Shown here: positions 55,332-64,000 of the stretch, piece by piece
Position numbering within the stretch: the first letter of the stretch is position 1
Layout of the letters: every line of letters begins with the position of its first letter
NCBI GenBank assembly: GCA_964016885.1
Contig: OZ024751.1
Span: 29,698,001-29,762,000, forward strand
Reading direction: 5' to 3'
Length of the DNA stretch: 64,000 nt
DNA from: Eledone cirrhosa
Lineage: Eukaryota
The notes under the pieces: model-generated
What the model was told of the DNA's origin: nothing
What the model saw: the letters and a program-made list of their open reading frames with translations, nothing else
Database searches by the model: none
Position numbers and translations under genes: made by a program

Positions 55332-55397
<66 letters not shown>

Positions 55398-55408
55398 CAT
55401 ATATATGC

Positions 55409-55448
<40 letters not shown>

Positions 55449-55522
55449 ATACAGATACATATATATATATACATATATATATACATATATATACATATAT
55501 ATACATATATCTATATAAATAC

Positions 55523-55555
<33 letters not shown>

Positions 55556-55629
55556 CATATATATATACATATATATGTACATATACACATATATTGAAAG
55601 AGTGAAGAATAACATGGTCGGCTATACAC

Positions 55630-55660
<31 letters not shown>

Positions 55661-55699
55661 CACTCATACATATATATGTATACACATACATACATACAC

Positions 55700-55732
<33 letters not shown>

Positions 55733-56018
55733 TATATATATATATTATTTCCCTTATTTATTTATTTGATTGTGGTTGTGAGTGTCTTTTCTGTCTTTTG
55801 TTACCTAAGGCAGTTGTTTTGTTATCAGTTCAATGTTTTTTTTTGTTATTGCTGTTATTTCTACTTCTTCTTCTTCTTTGAAATACTGGAGATGTCCAAA
55901 AGTCTTTGACTATCGGCGGCTCTCCTTGTCAAAACCCCCATCATTATGGCCATGTATGACATCGATAACGGTATTTCTCTGTTTCTCTCCACAATTATAG
56001 GTTGCTTTCTCTGTCCCT

Positions 56019-56077
<59 letters not shown>

Positions 56078-56186
56078 ACTCTCTCTCTCCCCCCCCCTCT
56101 CTCTCTCTATCTCTTTCTCATTTTGTCTTTGTCTGTTTTTTTTTCTCACTTCCTTTGTTATTCTCTGTCTCACTCTGTCTCTCTCA

Positions 56187-56265
<79 letters not shown>

Positions 56266-57117
56266 TGTATGTCTCTGGTTTAATCATAATAGCAGTTAGC
56301 GCCAGCACCTGTAATTGGGTTCTTTTTCCTGTCGTTAACAACAACAACGACATTAACATCAACATCATCAATTTTAACAAGAAATAAGAAAGTAAGTTGG
56401 TAACGCTTGGAAGTTTCTTTGGCCTACTATAGTCTTGGTTGTTGGTTCTTTTGTCTTCCCACCTTTTTCTTAACAAATATGTCTTCTCCCCTTTATCACA
56501 GAACACCATACAAAGGTCTTTGTGCTTACCTACAATTAGATTTCTTCAACTAGTATTGTGAGAAATTTTAGCAAATACAAAAGAAGTCAAAGCTATGCTT
56601 GTGTTTATAATTAAGTCAAAGTCTGCAAGATAACAATATTTTTATTTTTATTATTTTTTTATCTTATTTTTTTTTCTTCATTTTTTTTTTTTTTTTTTTA
56701 CTAACTGATGTAGGCTAGAAATAAAAAGTAAAAACAAATATATATATATATATATACAATATCTATTTTTTATGTTTATATGGTCTAGCAAGTCAAATCA
56801 AGTTGAAGAATAATGTTTCGGTTTTCAGCTTTGGTTTAGGCATTGGCATCAGCTTTGACATTGGCTTTAGTTTTGGCATTGTTTCTCTCCCTATAATCTA
56901 CACCGGAATAGATGTCTACTGATTTAAAAGTGTCGTTGAAGTTGTGTTATTGTGTTATTTATATTTATACTTTTTCATCCTTCTTCACCCCTCTCTCTCT
57001 CTATATATATATATGTATGTATGTATGTATATATATATATATATATGTATGTGTATATAGATAGATAGTTCTGAACACAAGCTGAACTGCTTGGCATCAT
57101 GGCCAGGGTTATACCAT

Positions 57118-57194
<77 letters not shown>

Positions 57195-57603
57195 ATATAT
57201 ATATATATATGTGTATATATATATAATTGTGTATGTATATAACACATCCATATATATCTACACACACACATATATGTATGTATTTACGTAAGTCTATTCA
57301 CATTTTAAGCACCAACCTCTAATATAGGTTATCTCTTCTTTAATGGTATATATTAGTGTTTATCTTGCTCTATCATTACATATATACATATAAATATCAC
57401 AGCCATTATCTCATATGTGTGTATATATTACATATATACACACTGAACACATAATGGCTCTGGTATTTATATCTTACTCCATCATCATCATCATCATATA
57501 TAGGTGTAGGGTGTTGCTGAGTGTTTGTGGTCTGATTGGCGCAATAAAGGTCTTATATATATATATATTTAAAATGTGTGTGTGCGTATATATATATATA
57601 TAT

Positions 57604-57666
<63 letters not shown>

Positions 57667-57948
57667 CATACACATTATGCATCTCAGATGTCTTAATCTA
57701 TCATCATATATGTGTATATATATATATATATACACACACACATATATATAACACATTATGTCCCTCACATATCTTAATCTATCAACATGTGTGTGTGTGT
57801 GTATATGTATATATATATATATATATAGGTATATATATATATATATACCTATATATATATATACCTATATATATATACCTATATATATATATATATACCT
57901 ATATATATATATATATATATATAGGTATATATATATATATATATATAT

Positions 57949-57983
<35 letters not shown>

Positions 57984-58002
57984 TATATATATATATATAT
58001 AT

Positions 58003-58072
<70 letters not shown>

Positions 58073-58113
58073 GAACACATAACACATTATGTTCCTCACT
58101 TATCTCAATCTAT

Positions 58114-58170
<57 letters not shown>

Positions 58171-58458
58171 TATATACACACACAAACAACACATAATGTT
58201 CCTCACATGTATATCTCTGTTTTTCGTTTCCTTCTAACCAAACAACCCACCTCGTCTCATGTTTTATGTTCTCTAACATTTTATATCTGATTGGCTTCCT
58301 AAATATGGACGGAATATCTTCACTCTCCATCATCATCATCGTCATCTTTATAATCACCATATTTATTTATTCATCATCATCATAATCATATCATCATCAT
58401 CATCATTATTATCTCCACCATCATTGTCATTATTATCATCATCATCGTCATCATCATT

Positions 58459-58644
58459 TGAATTGGCAGTATCGGTAGAGGGTTGGACGCCATGTTTTCT
58501 AGCATAGTTGCATCCCTTTACAGTCTGAGTTCAAATCTCGCCGAGGTTAACTTTGCCTTTCATCCTTACGGGGTCGATAAAATAAAGTACCATTAATGCA
58601 CTGGGTTATTGCTGGCCTTGTGCCTAAAGTAGAAACAATTATTA
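58459..58644 (+). mobile_element. SINE family A
   Basis: Same head, B-box, central domain and tail as 41017-41198. Confidence 0.9.
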
Positions 58645-58934
58645 CCATCAGCATCATAATTTGTTGTCATCATTATCATTATTATCATCATCATTATCAT
58701 TATTATCATCATCATCATCATCATTATCATTATTATCATCATCATCATCATCATCATCATCATTATCATCATCATCATCATCATCATCATAATTATTCAT
58801 CATAAACATCATCATTGCTATCATCAGTATGATGCCTTTCCTGGCGCCAAACCCATATTACAACACACAGGGATATGGTGGACCTATTCTAAATTGGATA
58901 TACATACACCTTACATATATAATTATATATATAA

Positions 58935-59233
58935 TGTAGGAGGTGAGTTTTATCGTAGCACAATAAAGAAATGCAAATATCGGATAAGTAGCACTCTACA
59001 GTTTGTAGTTCTGGAGTATAAATAATATAAGATCAAAAGATGGTTAAAAGAGTTCCAAGTGTTTTATTATGCGCATTTCAAAAACAAATATATTGATTTA
59101 AAACTTCACTATTCACATGTCTCCCTATTTTATCTGATGAGAATGCAGACATCATCCCATGATGATATTTGTTTTTGAAATGCGCATAATAAAATACTTG
59201 GAACTCTTTTAACCATCTTTTGATCTTATATTA
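58935..59233 (+). mobile_element. Hammerhead cassette with inverted partial duplication (Penelope-like arrangement)
   Basis: Arms 59023-59091 and 59165-59233 are inverted copies; bounded by TA tracts. Confidence 0.7.
59126..59196 (+). ncRNA. Type I hammerhead ribozyme
   Basis: UAUUUUAU-CUGAUGA-GAAUGCAGACAUCAU(ccc)AUGAUGAUAUUUGUUUUU-GAAA-U(GCGC)A-UA-AUAAAAUA; predicted cleavage after 59188. Confidence 0.85.
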
Positions 59234-59378
59234 ATTATATATATATATATATAGATATATATATATAATTATATATGTATGTATGTAAAGTATTTCCGTG
59301 GAAAAGGTAACAGAAAGAAGAGTGCTCTACGTATAGTACAGATCTATTTAATTACATAATAAACAACACAATAAAATT

Positions 59379-59451
59379 ATTCCATTACCAAAGGTTTCAC
59401 GAAGTCAGACGATTCTAACAGAAACGTCTGAATTGGTTCATCAGAAAGAAT
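59379..59451 (-). ncRNA. Mirror-image hammerhead ribozyme (left arm of palindrome)
   Basis: Exact reverse complement of 59476-59548. Confidence 0.72.
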
Positions 59452-59475
59452 CTTTATTTCGATATCGAAATAAAG

Positions 59476-59548
59476 ATTCTTTCTGATGAACCAATTCAGA
59501 CGTTTCTGTTAGAATCGTCTGACTTCGTGAAACCTTTGGTAATGGAAT
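59476..59548 (+). ncRNA. Type I hammerhead ribozyme (right arm of palindrome)
   Basis: AUUCUuU-CUGAUGA-AC..UCAGACGuUUCU(guu)AGAAuCGUCUGA..GU-GAAA-CC(UUU)GG-UA-AuGGAAU; predicted cleavage after 59541. Confidence 0.72.
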
Positions 59549-60253
59549 AATTTTATTGTGTTGTTTATTACATAATTAAATATATGTATGTATTTATATA
59601 ATTAGAAATTGATTGACGAAATACCAGATCTTCTTCACTTACTGTCTTGTATGGAACTCATTAAATCAGACCAATGTTTCTATTGCTGATACTATCTACG
59701 TTTTGCAGATGGGATTTATTAAATAATAAATAACCTATCCCAGCAGTCCAGCCCATGCCAACCTGGAAAAACAGCTGCTAAATGATGATAAAGTGCAATA
59801 CAGCATATATAAGAAAGCCTTCAGTTTCTTTTTTTTTTATTGTAATCCTCAATGTGAAAATGTAAACAAATGTAAATGCATTTTATTTTTTTCTACAATG
59901 AAAAATATTAGGTTTTTTGTTGTTAAATGATAGCAATCTTCTGTCCATGCATGAAATCAGAATAATTCTTAAATTAATCTTTAAAAATAAAAACCAAAAA
60001 AAAACAAACAAACCAAAATTAATATTACATTGATAAGGACTTTAGATTTGAAGTAAATATAATGGTATAATGCAAATATATATATTTTATTTAATCTTAG
60101 GGAGTAAATATTGGAAGTATTTTGATTAGCTGATTTAGTTTGTGAAAAATGTTTCTCATATAGCATTTATGCCTACCAAGACAATTATATCAAGCTGTAT
60201 TGACTGAACGGATGAAACTCTACTGCTTCAAAATATAAGTGGTATTTGTATTT

Positions 60254-60324
<71 letters not shown>

Positions 60325-60382
60325 ATACTTGTTTCGACACACGATTTCATATCAAAAACCTCGCAAAACTAATTCATCACCG

Positions 60383-60436
<54 letters not shown>

Positions 60437-60523
60437 TCCTCCACTTCCTCCAAGCGTGAACCTAATATAACTGTGTATTTTTGCATTCCTGTATTTGTTT
60501 TATTTATATATATATATATATGC

Positions 60524-60559
<36 letters not shown>

Positions 60560-60697
60560 ATGTGTGTGTATATGTGTGTGTGTGTGTATATATATATATG
60601 TGTGTGTGTGTATGTATATATATGTGTGTGTGTAAATATGTGTATATATATATATATGTCTGTGTGTGTGTGTGTGTATAAATGTTTCTGTATGAAC

Positions 60698-60728
<31 letters not shown>

Positions 60729-61112
60729 CTCATACATACACTACACTACAGTTTCTGATATTTTAAGTGGAGACATGAAATATTTGTTGTGATAAGTAAA
60801 ACACTATAAACCTCTGCCAGCAAATAAACAGGAGGTAAAGTTGGGGGGGCGGGGGAGATAAAGGTAATTTAGTTTAGCTTATGATGATTGTGGTGGTGGT
60901 GATATTTTTCTGGTCTCTTGTGTTCTAACTTGGCAACTGCTGCAGAATACCTTTACTTATTGTCATTATTAGTTATTTATCTCTCTATCTACCCCTCCCC
61001 CACTCTCCCTCCCTCTCTCTTCATTTCTCTCTTTCCACCTCTATCTGTCTCTCTCTCGCTCTCTCTGTCTCTCTCGCTCTCTCTCTATATATATATCATT
61101 TTTAAACTTATA

Positions 61113-61194
61113 CAGGTTGTCCCCCCCCCAAAATGTATACACATTTCAACAACATTCTAATGGATATGTGTATACATATTTGGGGGACACCCTG
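61113..61194. mobile_element. Tc1/mariner-type mini-MITE
   Basis: caggttgtccccc...aaatgtatacaca / tgtgtatacatatttgggggacaccctg; same family as 36740-36815. Confidence 0.75.
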
Positions 61195-61292
61195 TGTGTA
61201 TATATATCATCATCAACATCATCATCATCATTTTACGTCCCCTTTTCTCTACTTGCAAGGGTGGGATGGGTCCTATTCAGCACAGCATCTCT

Positions 61293-61337
<45 letters not shown>

Positions 61338-61953
61338 TGTATATATATACTAGAATTAATTTTGCTTCCGTTTGTGTTTCAAGCAGCCGATAATTATTTC
61401 TATGTTGACTTTGTGAAAAGTTTTAAGTGTCACACTTGATCATATAACCTCTTTATCTTTTCTACCTTTGTTCATATTTTTTTAACAAATATGTAAGTAT
61501 TTCTCATAATTATATAAATATTTAAACAGTTGGCTTGAGTTTCAGCAAGGATCTACTGAGGATTTAGCATGTAATTGGCTCTTTTCTAACATGGTCCATT
61601 CTATTTGAGGATTTGGGGGGATGGGTAGGGGAAGAATTTATGTATCAATGTCATTATTTTTGTTTTATATACTATTTTACATATTATTACTATTCGTGAC
61701 TTGCCCACTCTTCCACACTGCTTGTCATGAGTTCAATCTCTGGGTTTGTGTATATCTCTCTCTATCAATATTTTTATCTATCTATTTATTCAGGTAGCTT
61801 GCTACCTATCTATCTATCTATCTATTCAGCCAGTCAGCTAACTAGCAAGCAAGCAAGACTAAAAGTTCAATTAAAGAAAGCTATTCCAACTAAATTTTCA
61901 TTTTTCATATCTTTCCCTCTGGAATACGTATAAGACAAAATAAAATGTCTTAA

Positions 61954-62161
61954 ACCTTTAGCATTTAAACCGGCTGTATCCTGCCAGATTTCTCTCTACC
62001 ATTTCTGTTCAAACCAACCATAACTGGCCACTCATACTGATGTTAAGGTATTGTTCTCAACATGAATAATATCAAAACCTCATAGATTCAATATTATGTG
62101 AGATAAAGCCTTTACCGTGAAAATACAATGGTAAATATAAAGTAATGCAAATGCTAAAGGG
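61954..62161. mobile_element. piggyBac-like MITE
   Basis: TIRs cctttagcattt / aaatgctaaagg with TTAA and cTAA flanks. Confidence 0.7.
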
Positions 62162-62734
62162 CTAAATATATATAAATATATATATATATATCAGATTTGT
62201 ATATGATAAAAAAGCTGTGTTGAATGAATGTGTGTGTCTATATGTATATATGTATATGTAATTTCCTGTATGGATTAGCGATGTCTATTTGTGTGATGGT
62301 GATATATATATAAACTTAGAAAAGTTAAAAAAGAGACAAGGCAACAAACGAAAAACAATTTTTGAAGAGGAAACATAAACATTTTTTTTTTAAAAATACA
62401 AATACAAACGAAAGACACAAAACTTTAATAAGTTTTGGCCAGTGTTGGCCCAGGTCATGTCTAGCTTAATAGCACTACATGTGTGTGTATGTGTGTAGAA
62501 CAAGCAGATAACATCACAATTACAAGATTAATCTAAGTATGGACAATGAAATGAGAACTATCTACTTCTGTGGTTGGTATAAAGGATTTGGTTTGATGTT
62601 TTGCGAACATTACTGAATATGAGAGGCACCTGAAGAAATCCTGAAAGTAGAGTGGTTGAAACTCAGTGACTATAATGACTAAGACAAGGGACAATTGTCG
62701 GAATAAATCATTGCATAATAAGGAAATACAAACA

Positions 62735-63363
62735 TTAACTCTTTCTAATGATATTGCACATCGTTTTCAAATGATTTATTTTTTTAAATAATGAAGAATT
62801 TGGAGGAATTTAGTAAAATAACTAATGTTCTCATTATATGTCTGATTTACAGAACATAACTTACTTAAGAAAGATTCTTAACTAAAATTATGATGGAAGG
62901 TTTTTAGATAAATATAAACACTTTAGCTCTTTACCACATTTCTAATAAAAGACACAGCTTGTGATATTAAAATCCTTTTGAAAATAATGAATAATTTGGA
63001 ATGATTCAGTAATATAACTAACTTTATCATCATTAAGCTAGTGTTTGGAACATAACAAACGTTCTTACATAAAATTAAGATGGAATATAAATACTTTAAC
63101 TCTTTAATTACCATATTTCCAATGAAAGTCATTGCCTCTGATATTCAAATAATTTTGAAAATAATAAAGAATCTAGAGGGATTTTTATAATATAACCAGC
63201 TTTCTCATTATTTATCTGGTGTTTGAAACATAATTTAACAAATATTCTTTACATGAAATTTATGATAGAAGAGTTTTAGATAAATATAAACACTTTTAAA
63301 GTAAACACCATTGTATGAAAGGAACAAGGACAGTTTTAGATAGTTTGGTATCAAAAGTGTTAA
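62735..63363 (+). mobile_element. piggyBac-like element with ~185-bp unit triplicated
   Basis: Three degenerate ttaRctcttt...gaaaataatRaaKaatYt...ttatgatRgaag units ending ggtatcaaaagtg-ttaa. Confidence 0.55.
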
Positions 63364-64000
63364 ACAAATACTTTCCAATTTTATGAAATAATGTGGAAAT
63401 GATGATGAGGGTGAAGGTGATTTGCAAATAAAATTAAAATGATGATGATAACAATAATAATAATAATAATAATAATCAGTAAATGAAGTGGAAACTGATT
63501 TTTCTTTATTATGTATGTTGTTATTGTTATTTTTTCTTTATTATTTATATTATTATTATTGTTATTTATATTATTAATATTATTATTATCATTATTATTA
63601 ATATTAGTTTAATGGTTGTCATAAATATTAAAAGTGAGGAATTTTCTAGAGAAAAATATTTATCAATTTCAGAATGGTAATATCCATCGAAAGCCAAATT
63701 TCAGTGGTGATGGTATGAATTGGTTGAGGGAAGTTGATTTTAGTTGTCGTTATGGTGATTTAAGTGAGAAAGATGATGAAATTAAAAGAGGTGAGAGGAG
63801 GAGAGGAAGAAAAAAATATATGGAGGAAGATGAATATAGAAAACTGAAGAATTAAGGAATAAATTAATAAATTAAAATATCAGTAGACAACATTTGAATC
63901 AAAGATGGTAGAATGGATAGATAAACATATAGATAGATAGATAGAGAGATAGATAGATAGATAGAGAGAGATGGGTAGGTAGATAGGCTGATAGAATGGA

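Larger units (their letters stand above)
59345..59582. repeat. 238-bp near-perfect palindrome (119-bp arms, no spacer)
   Basis: Centre gat|atc at 59463/59464; only 59355-56 versus 59571-72 mismatch. Confidence 0.95.

Noticed and set aside
62626-62672. CUGAAGA...GAAAC candidate
   Set aside because: Triplet would be GUG (non-cleavable) and helix I does not pair

Overview
This is eukaryotic, very AT-rich, repeat-saturated DNA that looks intronic or intergenic. The mix of (TA)n/(CT)n/(CA)n microsatellites, tRNA-headed SINEs and RTE-like LINE tails resembles an octopus/cephalopod genome; this is an inference from repeat content. No host protein-coding gene can be supported, and almost all listed ORFs are microsatellite read-through. 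The only real coding remnant is a 5'-truncated, frameshifted RTE-like LINE (10978-12560) with a PHD-type zinc finger inside its reverse transcriptase. The main discovery is a set of short (about 100-300 bp) cassettes embedded in (TA)n tracts that carry type I hammerhead ribozyme folds. Each has a CUGANGA box, a long helix II of unrelated sequence, GAAA, a minimal helix III (mostly with a palindromic or near-palindromic tetraloop), an NUA triplet, helix I and usually an adjacent AAUAAA. Six loci have complete folds: 6086-, 27193+, 37066-, 51332-, 59126+, and 59476+ with its mirror at 59379- inside a 238-bp palindrome. Several more loci are degenerate. The architecture points to Penelope-like retroelement terminal repeats or retrozyme-like elements. 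Also present are two SINE families (one copy with 8 tandem promoter heads), Tc1/mariner- and piggyBac-like MITEs, a Helitron-like end and several minisatellites. All folds and alignments were done by eye.
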